Counted from the first letter of the stretch, positions 38,252-47,537 are shown. The stretch: DNA of 64,000 nucleotides from Verrucomicrobiales bacterium (GCA_027489875.1 JAIXZE010000083.1:6740-70739); one strand, 5' to 3'. The notes: generated by a model not told the origin, from the sequence alone. Numbers and translations are program-made.

Positions 38252-39385
38252 TCAGCCACCAGCATCTCTGTCCCTGAGCAATTTTCGGTACAAAGCCAAG
38301 CCTCGCTGCGCTACCGATTCCCATGTGAATCGGGTCGCTGCCATTCTTGCCGCATTTCTCCCAATTTCTTCTGAATAGGAAGGGCTTTTGAGGAATAATT
38401 CTAAGGCCTTCCGCAGCGCCAGAAGGTCGTGGGACGGTACAATGCGCCCAGTCACCCCATCCTCTACCAGCTCAGGTAAACTGGTGGTGTCCGTTACGAT
38501 GACAGGCTTTCCAGCAGATTGTGCCTCTATTGCCACCAGACCAAGGAGTTCCGACCTGTCTTGTCCTCCTGATGGATTTGGAATGGATGGTTGGAGGACA
38601 ACGGTTGCGCCTTGGTACTGACGAGCCAGTTCCTCGTCGTCGGCATCCGTCAGGAAACGAACGCGTTTGCCTTGAGATGATTGTTTGAGCAGTTCGAAGT
38701 ACTGGTTGTCGTAGGGCCTGCCTACGATTCGTAGCTCAAAGCTTTCTGGCATCGCCCGGACGAGCTCATGCACACCTTTGTGGGGCAAAAGACGCCCCAC
38801 GAACAGAGCATAGCCGTCAAAACGTCCCGTTCCCGGAGGAAAGAGCTGCCTTGCTCCGCCGTGCAGTACGGTTGATGGGAGCTTCCAGTCAGGAAAAAGG
38901 GAGCCCGCATAGTCGGAGAGATGGGCGAATCCGCTGGCATTCCGATACGGATTCAATCGTGGATGGACTTTGCTCAGATAAGTTGAGCAACAGCGTCCCC
39001 CGCCGCCTATGTCTGTCAGGATCACCAATTGGGATCGAGAAATGCCTGATGCGAGGAAGCCGTCGGCTACGCTGTTTGGGAAGCACATCAAATGGAGGAC
39101 ATCGTACTCGGAGAGTGCCTTCCAAGTGCTTCGGGTGAATGGGGGCAGTATGGGCCGCTCGGAATCTGTCCAAGTCAATACCCTTGTCGGTGGTGCGTCC
39201 TTGGGGAGGATTGAAGGACGAAGGCAGAACAGGGCCTGCTCTGCGTGTGTCAGTTTCGCAAGGGCACGGGTGTACTCAGTCGCGTATCGTTCTCCTCCGC
39301 CCATCGTCCGCCCTTCAAGGCCAATTGATGCTGGGAGGATGAGAACTCTGGGATTCTTTTCGATTTCGTTAACCCGCTCTATCAT
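38252..39385 (-). CDS. glycosyltransferase family 4 (GT-B, GT1/GT4-type)
   Basis: C-terminal E-x7-E region (GLVAIEAQSAGKPVIVTDTTSLPELVEDGVTG). ATG overlaps the upstream UDG stop (ATGA). Confidence 0.85.
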   Translation of the reverse strand: MIERVNEIEKNPRVLILPASIGLEGRTMGGGERYATEYTRALAKLTHAEQALFCLRPSILPKDAPPTRVLTWTDSERPILPPFTRSTWKALSEYDVLHLMCFPNSVADGFLASGISRSQLVILTDIGGGGRCCSTYLSKVHPRLNPYRNASGFAHLSDYAGSLFPDWKLPSTVLHGGARQLFPPGTGRFDGYALFVGRLLPHKGVHELVRAMPESFELRIVGRPYDNQYFELLKQSSQGKRVRFLTDADDEELARQYQGATVVLQPSIPNPSGGQDRSELLGLVAIEAQSAGKPVIVTDTTSLPELVEDGVTGRIVPSHDLLALRKALELFLKSPSYSEEIGRNAARMAATRFTWESVAQRGLALYRKLLRDRDAGG

Positions 39386-40272
39386 GAGGGTTTAAGGAAA
39401 AAGTTCCGCTGCTTTTGCGAGATGGGCAGTTCCAGCTTCTCCATGACCGCGAGCATGTCTTCCCAAACCTTCCGTTTTTCCGCCATGGATTCATTCCGGA
39501 GCAGATATGCGGGATGGTAGGTGGGCATCACTGGAATGCTGTGAAAATCAAACCATTGGCCCCGCATTCGCGTTACTTGTACGGGGGTGCGCAGGAGTCC
39601 TTCGATTGCCGTCGATCCCAAAGCCACCATGACTTTTGGTCGTATGATGGCGATTTGTTCCTGAAGGTAGGGGAGGCAGGTGGCCATCTCAATGGGAGAA
39701 GGCTTGCGATTTCCAGATGATTTTCCTGGGGTGTCAGGACGACACTTTAGGACATTTGCGATAAAGACGGTTTCGCGGGATAAACCCATTGCCTGGATAA
39801 TCCTGGTGAGCAGTTCTCCCGCTTTCCCGACGAACGGCCGTCCAGTTGCATCCTCCTCAGCGCCAGGAGCTTCTCCAATGAAAAGGATTTCTGAATCGAG
39901 GCTTCCCGTGCCAAAAACAACATTCTTTCTTGATGAAGCTAAATTCTGGCATTTCGTACACTTCGAAGCAAGTTCTTCCAGTTTTTGGAAAGCAGATTGC
40001 TTGGAGCCCGCATGAAGTCCGTAAGAACTCAAGAGAGTTGGTCTCGAGGATGGTATGGCTGGATCTGGGCATCGGACTGCTTGGGGCTCTGCATCCAACG
40101 ACATCTTGGCACCGGACTTCTCCTTGCTAGCCGAGCCTGAAGTGAACCGCGGCCGAGCCAAGGTGGCGACAGTCGAGCTTGAAACCCGCAATACCTCTGC
40201 ACCTTCATAATCAAGGTTTTGCAGATGCTTTATCACTGCCTCCAAAAATTGAGTGAGGACCGGGCCGTGCAT
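39382..40272 (-). CDS. uracil-DNA glycosylase family 4 with an N-terminal extension of about 95 aa
   Basis: C.KC...R...VFG.G......LFIGEAPGAEED..G.PFVG.AG.LL and HPAYLLR motifs. ATG at 40272 (ORF-track start is TTG). Confidence 0.85.
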   Translation of the reverse strand: MHGPVLTQFLEAVIKHLQNLDYEGAEVLRVSSSTVATLARPRFTSGSASKEKSGAKMSLDAEPQAVRCPDPAIPSSRPTLLSSYGLHAGSKQSAFQKLEELASKCTKCQNLASSRKNVVFGTGSLDSEILFIGEAPGAEEDATGRPFVGKAGELLTRIIQAMGLSRETVFIANVLKCRPDTPGKSSGNRKPSPIEMATCLPYLQEQIAIIRPKVMVALGSTAIEGLLRTPVQVTRMRGQWFDFHSIPVMPTYHPAYLLRNESMAEKRKVWEDMLAVMEKLELPISQKQRNFFLKPS

Positions 40273-40325
40273 TGGCAACGCAGATTGCGGAGGCGAAACA
40301 CCTTTGTCGAAGTTGAACTGTTTGT

Positions 40326-41258
40326 TTACGCCTCTACGCGATCTCGGTACCTACGGGGAGTAACGCCCACGATCCGTCGGAAGTGATTTGTTAGGTGACT
40401 CTGGTCGCAGAAACCACATTGATGGGCAATCTCGGCTAATGTTGCTGGTGAGTGGATGAGGAGGTGGCGAGCTCTCTCGACGCGTTGGTGTATCAGAAAC
40501 TGGTGCGGTGCAAGGCCCGTAGACTGCCTGAATCTCCGTGCGAAGTGGAACGGGCTTAGTCCTGAGGCCTTTGAGATACTGGCCAGCGGCAGGTCTTCCC
40601 CGAGGTGTTCACGGATGAACTCAAGTGCCCTCCGCAACTGGTGAGCGGTGAGGGCGCCGTGAGTAAGCGCTGGCGCTGGGGCAGAGGAGGTGTAGTGGCG
40701 GGCGAGATGTGCCGCTAGGGCTTGGCCAAGCATTTCAACGTAGATCCGACCCTTGGGGTGGTCCGCATTGACCTCGTCGCGGATTCGATCGCACAGGGCT
40801 TTGATGAACGAATCGGAGATCCCCCGCTGCGGAAGGAATGCCGGATGAGTGCCCGTATCTGGCGACAGTGCGTGGTTGAGGACAAATTGGGGGGTTAGCG
40901 AAACCGTGTAAAACCTTCCTGCATCGATTGTTCGAGATGCAAAGACCGAGCCTGCTGGGAAGAAGCTTACCTGACCTGGCAGAATGCGGTGCACGCGGAA
41001 GGGACCATCATCAGCAACCTCCAATTCGGTTATCCCCTCAAGATGAATAGCAAAGACATGGTTTACGGGACTCGAAGGCGCGATTTCCAAAGCACCGATG
41101 CGATGCTGTTCGACATGCACGACAGACCACTCGCAAGCAGCTGAGTCAAACTCAGGTGCTTGAGGAATCGTTGGACGACGCTGCCCCGAAGCTGCATCGA
41201 TAAGCATTTCTCGTCCTTTACCCATACGCATAACCCTGGGAACCACAAAGCAAACCAT
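40326..41258 (-). CDS. AraC family transcriptional regulator
   Basis: Cupin-like N-terminal half plus the C-terminal double HTH (LSPFHFARRFRQSTGLAPHQFL...IAHQCGFCDQSHLTNHFRR..G.TP..YR). Several alternative ATG starts (41258, 41231, 41225). Confidence 0.85.
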   Translation of the reverse strand: MVCFVVPRVMRMGKGREMLIDAASGQRRPTIPQAPEFDSAACEWSVVHVEQHRIGALEIAPSSPVNHVFAIHLEGITELEVADDGPFRVHRILPGQVSFFPAGSVFASRTIDAGRFYTVSLTPQFVLNHALSPDTGTHPAFLPQRGISDSFIKALCDRIRDEVNADHPKGRIYVEMLGQALAAHLARHYTSSAPAPALTHGALTAHQLRRALEFIREHLGEDLPLASISKASGLSPFHFARRFRQSTGLAPHQFLIHQRVERARHLLIHSPATLAEIAHQCGFCDQSHLTNHFRRIVGVTPRRYRDRVEA

Positions 41259-41432
41259 GTACCGAAATCGTTGCTAGTGAACTGACAGAGTGGAATGTGG
41301 TTACAATAATCTGAAGCCGACTCGTGAAGTCCTTTGGCCACGGTTTCGTTCTGGAACCGAGAGCCGGAAAGGTATCCCAGCTGCGAGGGTGACCGTGCTG
41401 ATCAGTAATGTGCACCGCCGCCTTGTAATCCT

Positions 41433-42621
41433 TTGCTCGCTGTTTTGGGCAAAGTAACTGCAGGGTTTGGCTTGCCGGTCGAGTACGATGCTCTCCGTAA
41501 CAGTGTGGAGCTTGGATTCCCCCGAATCTGGCGTCGAAAACCCAGCGTTGGCACCCTCTTCTTACTGTTCATCCACGGTTCGGCTCTTTACCCCGCTGAC
41601 GTGTCTTCAAGCGTTGGTTGGGTCCTAAATGCCACTGTTTCACACACCGTGCTTCACGCAAGTACCTCTTTTGCAAAGATCTCTTGATCCCGTTTCCCAC
41701 AAATGCTCGCGACACCCCTTTAGCTCGAACCTCGCCTGACGTCTTGCCAGCAAGAATGCTGCCCGAGCGGTCTCCACCTCTTCCTTCTTACCGTCGCCGA
41801 CTCCACAGGCCTGAGTTGCTACTCTGAAGCCAGTATCGGTCGCGCCCTGCGGCTGGAGGACGTCGCCCCCTTGCCGGCTCGCGCCGAACTCGCTCGGTTG
41901 CGCTGAAGTCCGGGACCCCTCCGGCCGGTTGTTGTGCCTCCACGACGACAATTATCCTGAGGTATCCTTGGCGGTGGCCGATTTCTTCTAGAGGCAGGCT
42001 GGATGATCCAGATCCCTCTCAGATGCGGATCTGGCTCGCTTCAACCGGCGGACTACCGCAAGGGAATCGAGGGCTCAGCTTGGGAAGAAACGCCGGGGCC
42101 ACGGACGGGCATCGCATAGTCGATAAACCGGGACGCGTTGGATCCGTGGGCGGATTCCAACCTGAAGGCTGGAGATCCATATCCGGATTGCGGTCGGGGA
42201 AAGTTGCGCCTGCAGAAGGAACCTGAGAGAGCCGTGAATCTGACGGCGCAATCACCTGTGGCAGCAAGCATACATGAAAAGGCGCGTTTGCGGTGCGACG
42301 CCTGAAACACACTGTTGACGGTACCTGCACCCGAGGATGCCAGGGGAGACAAGTACGAACCGACGGTAGGACTTGTCACTGCAACGTGAATGCGCAACGG
42401 CAGATTTTGGACATCTGGAGCAGCATTCTGGAGGAATGCCGCATGGTGGTGGAGACGCTGGGCAAGGTTTACGAGGTGGAGAGCCAGTGCCGGAAGCAGC
42501 ACATCGGGAATACGTTCATGACGGCGACCGAGAACTGCCGAGCGAACGGGGTGAAACCCTTCAGCACATCCTGCCGATTGCCAAGCACCCGAAGGCGGTA
42601 CGGGCGGCCCCGGGGAGATGA
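41433..42621 (+). pseudogene. decayed IS66-family transposase (tnpC-like) relic with multiple frameshifts, stops and internal deletions
   Basis: IS66 TnpC motifs occur in the right order but in different frames:
- GWV (41616-41624)
- LHAsts for LHADET (41652-41669)
- TDGh for TDGY (42101-42112)
- CaCRRnL for CWAHxRRxF (42205-42225)
- DfGhLE for DGRLELD (42403-42423)
- AGS (42489-42497)
- ENCRANGVKP for ETCKLNGVDP (42530-42559)
- LqhiLpIakHP (42559-42591)

Spacing roughly fits an intact tnpC. Motif consensus is recalled from memory. Confidence 0.5.
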
Positions 42622-42888
42622 ATGCCTTGAAAGGATGGACAGGCCAACGAGCATGAAAAGCTGTCTGCGTCTATCCCGGCACCCGCAGAACCCTGAGCGG
42701 GGGGAACGTCCTGCCCTGCCCACGCAGAAAATCCACAATTTTAGCGCGTGGGGTACGCTTGCCGAAGGGACGTGGTGCGTTGGCGGATTCCAAAACAGCG
42801 GGATCGGTCGAAGGACATGGAAGTATGGAGTCCTTCGATCGATCAATTCTTTTCTAAGCCAAACAGCACCGGGGTCCAAGTTCAGCAC

Positions 42889-44499
42889 TCAAGCGGGACC
42901 TCCTTTTTTGGTCCGCTTCGCAATGGATTTCATCCGTGGTGGAAAAGACAGCGCATACTCCATGCTGTCGACAAGCGCCTGAAGGGATGCTTCGATGATG
43001 TTCCCACTCACGCCGACGGTACCCCACTCATGTGTGCCGTCGGTCGATGTGATCAGTACTCGGGTTTTTGCAGCGGTTCCAGCTACAGCGTCGAGGATAC
43101 GTACCTTGTAATCGCTCAACCCAACTTTGGACAAAGCGGGGAAGCTCTTCATCAATGCTGATCGGAGGGCTCCGTCCATTGCGTTCACCGGGCCATCCCC
43201 TTCAGCTACTGTATGGTGGACAAAATCTCCAACCCGCACCTTGACGGTTGCTTCACAGGTCGAACCTTGTGCATCGCCGCGGGTTGAAACGTGGTAACCC
43301 TCTACTCGAAAATGGCCTTCGGATTTGCCGGCAAGACTTCCTCGTATCAGCAGGGCCAACGAAGCTTCAGCAGCTTCAAATTCGAAGCCGCCATGTTCAA
43401 GTTCCTTGACCTGTTGCAAAATGGCTCGAACTTCCGGCTTCGACTCATCCAAGGAGAATCCCAACGATTCAGCCTTCATCAGGATGTTGCTACGTCCGGA
43501 AAGGTCGCTCACAAGGATATTGCGAGAATTTCCAACGACTTCGGGATTCACGTGCTCGTAGCTGGAGGCCAGTTTTTGAACCGCATTCACGTGTGTGCCT
43601 CCCTTGTGCGCAAAGGCCGAGGAACCAACCCAAGGCTGACGCGGGCTATGCCTCAGGTTGGCGATCTCGTCCACGTATTGCGACACATCCTTCAGTTGGC
43701 GCAACGCCGATGGCGACATCAGGTCAAACCCCATTTTTATCTGCAGGCAAGGGATGGCGGTTACCAGATTGCAGTTCCCAGTGCGCTCCCCGTATCCGTT
43801 GATCGTTCCTTGGACTTGGCGGGCACCCGCACTGACGGATGCCAACGCGTTCGCTACGCCTAGGCCGATATCGTCATGTGTGTGAATGCCAACTCGGCAT
43901 CTCAGTTTCGTGACGGCATATTCTGTAGCCAACGAAACCTCACTTGGCACACATCCTCCATTTGTGTCGCAAAGTACGATCCAAGATGCCCCAGCTCGCT
44001 CTGCAGCCTGCCAAGTTGCCAGAGCATAATCGGCATCCAACTTGTAGCCATCAAAGCAATGCTCGGCATCGTAGATCACCACTTTTCCGTGATCCCGCAA
44101 GTACCGTACTGTATCACCGATCATTGCCAAATTCTCATCAGGGGTGCACCTGAGCACTTCTCGCACGTGAAGAAGCGAGGTTTTTCCAAAGATCGTAACC
44201 ACAGGTGTCTTGGCGTCCAGCAGCAGCCGGACTTGTTCATCGTTCTCGACGGCTATTCCTTTGCGACGCGTCGAGCCGAAGGCAGCAAGTTGCGCATTCT
44301 TGAACTTCCGTCGTTGTGCTTTCGCGAAGAATTCGATGTCCTTGGGATTCGAACCAGGCCACCCACCCTCGATGTAATGAACCCCAAAACGATCTAGTCG
44401 ATCCGCAATCCGCAACTTGTCCGAAACGGAGAAGCTAACGCCCTCCCCCTGTGAACCGTCTCGGAGTGTCGTATCGTAGATTTCGACCTTGGACTTCAT
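42889..44499 (-). CDS. cimA: (R)-citramalate synthase / 2-isopropylmalate synthase family
   Basis: MKSKVEIYDTTLRDGSQGEGVSFS..DKL.IA..LD.FGV.YIEGGWPGSNPKD..FF, HTHDD and a LeuA-dimer-type C-terminal domain. About 535 aa as in CimA. ATG at 44499. Confidence 0.9.
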   Translation of the reverse strand: MKSKVEIYDTTLRDGSQGEGVSFSVSDKLRIADRLDRFGVHYIEGGWPGSNPKDIEFFAKAQRRKFKNAQLAAFGSTRRKGIAVENDEQVRLLLDAKTPVVTIFGKTSLLHVREVLRCTPDENLAMIGDTVRYLRDHGKVVIYDAEHCFDGYKLDADYALATWQAAERAGASWIVLCDTNGGCVPSEVSLATEYAVTKLRCRVGIHTHDDIGLGVANALASVSAGARQVQGTINGYGERTGNCNLVTAIPCLQIKMGFDLMSPSALRQLKDVSQYVDEIANLRHSPRQPWVGSSAFAHKGGTHVNAVQKLASSYEHVNPEVVGNSRNILVSDLSGRSNILMKAESLGFSLDESKPEVRAILQQVKELEHGGFEFEAAEASLALLIRGSLAGKSEGHFRVEGYHVSTRGDAQGSTCEATVKVRVGDFVHHTVAEGDGPVNAMDGALRSALMKSFPALSKVGLSDYKVRILDAVAGTAAKTRVLITSTDGTHEWGTVGVSGNIIEASLQALVDSMEYALSFPPRMKSIAKRTKKGGPA

Positions 44500-44540
44500 G
44501 ATGATTTCGCGTGGTCCGGGAATGATCTCAAGCAAGGTAA

Positions 44541-44581
44541 TGACAAAGCAAAACCCCGATCCGCTGGGCGGAACGGGGTTT
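44541..44581 (-). terminator. strong intrinsic terminator hairpin inside the cimA 5' leader (candidate attenuator)
   Basis: On the minus strand: aaaccccg-u-uccgc-cca-gcgga-u-cggggUUUUGCUUUGU. 13 bp in total (8+5) with a U/U internal mismatch, about 42 nt upstream of the cimA ATG. No upstream minus-strand gene for it to terminate. Confidence 0.6.
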
Positions 44582-44787
44582 CAGCGACACGTTAAGACGC
44601 GTTCAGCGGCACCCCTTGGGTAGCCAAATTGAACACCACACTGTCTTGCTGACATCCGCCATCCGAAACAGTTGCCAAAATCCTGCCAGCCTGACAAGTA
44701 CCCATTGTATGCGACGGTGAAATGAAAATTCAGATTGCGTCGGGCGAGCCTTGTTGGGTAATGGTCGGATTCAATTATTTGGATTTC

Positions 44788-45519
44788 ATGAAGCATTTTG
44801 CATTTGCAAGCGCCGTACTCTTGGGGGCGACTTCCGTCTTCGCGCAGCAGGAAACAGGCTGGAAAACCACAGCAGGGGTCAATGTTTCGATCAACCGGGG
44901 CAATTCTGACACGCTGTTGGCGGGTGCCAACATCCTTACGCTGAAAAAGTGGGACAAGAACGAGCTCAGTGCTGGAGCAGATGCTGTCTACGGCAACAAT
45001 CGGGATCTGAACTCCGGGGATCGAGTTACCACTGCACAGAACTACGGTGCATTTTTGCAATACAACAGGCTTGTAACTGAGCGGTGGTATTTTCTCGGTC
45101 GCGGAGACGCACGGCAGGACCGCGTTGCCGACATCAAGTACCGGATTGGTCTTAGCCCTGGCGTCGGCTATTACTTCATTAAGAACGAGAAGACTACGCT
45201 TTCGGGCGAGCTTGGTCCCGGGCTTGTCTTTGAACAGTTCGAGAATGGGCCGTCGTCCAAATACTTCACGCTGCGTGCGGGCGAGAAGTTTACGCACAAA
45301 TTCAACGACAAGGTAAGGCTTGTTCAGGAAGCAGACATCACCCCAAAGGTTGATGAGTTCGAGAACTACGTCTTTAACTTCTCTGCGACACTTGAAGCTG
45401 ACCTTACCGAAAAACTGGCGGTGCGCCTCACGCTTCAAGACACCTACCGGTCGGAGCCGGCTCCTGGTCGGAAAGAGAACGATCTTCGGATCATGGCCGG
45501 TATTGCGTACAAATTCTGA
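44788..45519 (+). CDS. DUF481 (YdiY-like) outer-membrane beta-barrel protein
   Basis: Signal peptide MKHFAFASAVLLGATSVFAQQ and alternating beta-strand pattern (GNSDT, repeated aromatic-X-aromatic ends), terminating in AYKF. ATG at 44788. Confidence 0.85.
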   Translation: MKHFAFASAVLLGATSVFAQQETGWKTTAGVNVSINRGNSDTLLAGANILTLKKWDKNELSAGADAVYGNNRDLNSGDRVTTAQNYGAFLQYNRLVTERWYFLGRGDARQDRVADIKYRIGLSPGVGYYFIKNEKTTLSGELGPGLVFEQFENGPSSKYFTLRAGEKFTHKFNDKVRLVQEADITPKVDEFENYVFNFSATLEADLTEKLAVRLTLQDTYRSEPAPGRKENDLRIMAGIAYKF

Positions 45520-45655
45520 CCCTTTGGATTGTCAATGGTCTGAAAGGTCGTGGTGACCGTTCCTTTCCACGCGATACATTCAAAAAGGCATTGACCAATC
45601 ACTGCGTTTTTCCTAAAAGAAGACGCAAGACTGAGTCAGCGCAAATGCTTCCATC

Positions 45656-46318
45656 ATGAATAAGTCAAAGACCCTTTTGGTTACTGTTGCCCTCGCGGCA
45701 ATCACTGCCTCGGCCCAGGCCGTGACTTTCAACACTGTCACGACACCGTTTACCGGTGGCAGCGGTGCAATTCCCGCCGGACAGTCGGTAGGTCATCGGT
45801 TCGACGTTACCGGTCCTGGTATTTGGGTGAGTTCTCTCGCATTCGTCAGCAGCAGCGGCGCATCCCTTAATGCCGGAACATCTGCTCAGATCGGGATCTA
45901 CAGCTATTCTGGGCCTCTCTACAGTGGCTCGTTTTCCCCTTCTCCGATCGCAAGCGCAACCATCACCTCGTCCTCCCCTGTCAGTGGCAACTACGCTTGG
46001 CAAAGCCTTGGATCTTCCGTGTTCCTTGCCCCCGGCAGTTATGGTCTCTTGGCTACCTCTGTGACTTTGGCTGGCGGAGACTTCATTGGTACTGCGTTCA
46101 ACGGAGACGGTCTTCCCACGTTCACCTCTGGTCAAAATGTTGTGGCTACACCCGTTTTGGGTGATGCAGTGGGTGGCAGTTTGGCCTCGCCGGCCATCGA
46201 CCTTCGTCGATTCAAGATTGCAAATTTCGAGTTCACCCCTGTTCCTGAGCCTGAAACCTATGCAATGATTGCAGGGCTTGGATTGGTGGGCTTTGGTCTC
46301 TGGCGCAAGCGTCAGTAG
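45656..46318 (+). CDS. PEP-CTERM sorting domain-containing secreted protein
   Basis: Signal peptide. C-terminal VPEPETYAMIAGLGLVGFGLWRKRQ is the PEP motif, TM helix and basic tail. Confidence 0.85.
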   Translation: MNKSKTLLVTVALAAITASAQAVTFNTVTTPFTGGSGAIPAGQSVGHRFDVTGPGIWVSSLAFVSSSGASLNAGTSAQIGIYSYSGPLYSGSFSPSPIASATITSSSPVSGNYAWQSLGSSVFLAPGSYGLLATSVTLAGGDFIGTAFNGDGLPTFTSGQNVVATPVLGDAVGGSLASPAIDLRRFKIANFEFTPVPEPETYAMIAGLGLVGFGLWRKRQ

Positions 46319-46336
46319 TCACTTGCCTTCTCAACG

Positions 46337-46368
46337 AAGGGCGCAGTTTTACAACTGCGCCCTTTTCC
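46337..46368 (+). terminator. intrinsic terminator after the PEP-CTERM gene
   Basis: Perfect 12-bp stem aagggcgcagtt / aactgcgccctt with loop ttac, followed by ttcc attt. Confidence 0.75.
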
Positions 46369-46404
46369 ATTTCTACTGCCAGCTTTACGGGAGCGAATCG
46401 CTTG

Positions 46405-47529
46405 ATGAATGTTGCATTCGTCAACGAGAATACATTGGGGCACAGTTCCTATGTCCCCCGATTCGTTGAAACTCTAAACGCACATCCCGAGTGGGGGTGC
46501 AGGGCAATCCAACTGGATGCGACCCCGCTTCCACCAGAACTTCGTGGAGCCGAGCGGGGCATCAGGGGCCTCTCGCGCCTCGGATTGGATTGGCAACTTA
46601 CCAGGTGGCGGCGTGCCGCGAGTAAGAACGCAGCTTGTCAGCTCAGAGAATTGAGTCGGACAGATCGGGTCGACGCAATTGTTGTCAATACTCAAAGTGT
46701 GGGGCTTGAGATTCCGGCGCTGATGTCAGGAATCCCATGCTGGGTCGCATTGGATGCAACCTTTGAGCAATTGGCTCGCTCGCGCTGGTTCAAGCCGACT
46801 GACTGTGCTGGGTGGTTTCACCCCATCACCCTCCGGTGGTTGCGAAAGCGTGAGAGGTTTCTCTTCAGCCAAGCGAAGGGGCTATTGCCGTGGTCGAAAT
46901 TAGCTTCCGAATCGCTTCAGCTGGAGTACAAGGTTTCTGACTCCAGGATCCATATCCTCCCACCTAGCCTGAGAGATCCGCATCCAACACCCTTGTCAAC
47001 CAAGGCAAGTGGCAAATCAAATATTCTCTTCATTGGGGGAGATTTCAAGCGCAAGGGGGGCTACCTATTGGTTGATGTCTGGAGGAGGTTCTTTCGGCCC
47101 CAAGCCAACCTCCATATCGTGACGCACGATCTGGTGGCTCCAGAGGACGGGTTGCACGTCTACAAAGGGGTCAAAGCTGGTTCGGAGGAGTGGCGAGAGT
47201 TGTGGAACAATGCTGACCTCTTTGTTTTCCCGTCCCAAATGGAGACGTTTGGTATTGTCTTGGTGGAGGCAATGGCCTTCGGAGTGCCAATAATCTCAAC
47301 AAGCACAGGTGCTGCGGAAGAACTGCTTGGAGATGGCTCAGCGGGGGAGGTTCTGCCCTCAGCCGATGCGACTGGACTGGAGAGGTCTATTCGAGAGTTG
47401 ATTGCTCAACCTCAGCTTCGGGCTCGGATGTCTGCGAATGGACGAAGTCGCTTTCTTAGAGACTTCGATCTCACCAAGAACGCGAAACGATTAGCACACC
47501 TCATCCGTGGTGCCAACCCGACTGAGTGA
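46405..47529 (+). CDS. glycosyltransferase family 4
   Basis: GT-B C-terminal signature LFVFPSQMETFGIVLVEAMAFGVPIISTSTGAAEELL. ATG at 46405 (ORF-track start is TTG). Confidence 0.85.
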   Translation: MNVAFVNENTLGHSSYVPRFVETLNAHPEWGCRAIQLDATPLPPELRGAERGIRGLSRLGLDWQLTRWRRAASKNAACQLRELSRTDRVDAIVVNTQSVGLEIPALMSGIPCWVALDATFEQLARSRWFKPTDCAGWFHPITLRWLRKRERFLFSQAKGLLPWSKLASESLQLEYKVSDSRIHILPPSLRDPHPTPLSTKASGKSNILFIGGDFKRKGGYLLVDVWRRFFRPQANLHIVTHDLVAPEDGLHVYKGVKAGSEEWRELWNNADLFVFPSQMETFGIVLVEAMAFGVPIISTSTGAAEELLGDGSAGEVLPSADATGLERSIRELIAQPQLRARMSANGRSRFLRDFDLTKNAKRLAHLIRGANPTE

Positions 47530-47537
47530 TGTTCGCC

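Noticed and set aside
41505-41545. Minus-strand sequence ...GGGGGAATCCAAGCTCCA... superficially resembling a tRNA/tmRNA T-arm and acceptor 3' end.
   Set aside because: No TTCRANY T-loop, no 5-bp T-stem and no matching 5' acceptor strand. The plus-strand hairpin ggatt-cccccg-aatct has a 6-nt loop and lies inside the IS66-like relic.
42140-42165. gcggattccaacc resembling the reverse complement of a tRNA T-arm (ggattcgaacc), and the 10-mer GGCGGATTCC occurring three times (about 42150, 42783 and 61577).
   Set aside because: The T-loop C56 position is wrong and no cloverleaf can be built. The three 10-mer contexts share nothing beyond 13-14 nt, so I treat the recurrence as unexplained or possibly chance. 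It is worth only a genome-wide word count.
42230-42330. Possible group II intron signatures: a GUGCG-like 5' end at about 42293 and a GAGCCGUG... domain-V-like string at about 42230.
   Set aside because: No foldable domain V (34-nt hairpin with AGC triad and 2-nt bulge), no reverse transcriptase/maturase ORF, and the order of the two signals is wrong for one intron.
42485-42505. gtgccggaagcagcac resembling the SRP RNA domain IV GGAA-loop region.
   Set aside because: Only a 4-bp hairpin, with no flanking conserved SRP helix 8 symmetric loop or helix 5. In-frame it reads as the AGS motif of the transposase relic.
44590-44640. T-box riboswitch assignment for the cimA leader (AAUUUGGCUACC...GGGGUGCCGC versus the consensus AAUUAGGGUGGUACCGCG).
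   Set aside because: The match is partial. UGGC would imply a G73 discriminator, which is not expected for tRNA-Leu or tRNA-Ile. I also could not identify Stem I, a specifier loop or a K-turn. It is reported only as an unclassified attenuator.
45520-46404. Sigma-54 (TGGCAC-N5-TTGC) promoters near the PEP-CTERM/GT4 genes and elsewhere (for example tggcac at about 3535, 31822, 32172 and 41558).
   Set aside because: None has a correctly spaced GC -12 element, and most are inside coding regions. Also rejected: a sigma-70-like TTGACC-17-TAAAAG at 45591-45619, which is too weak to call without a mapped transcription start.
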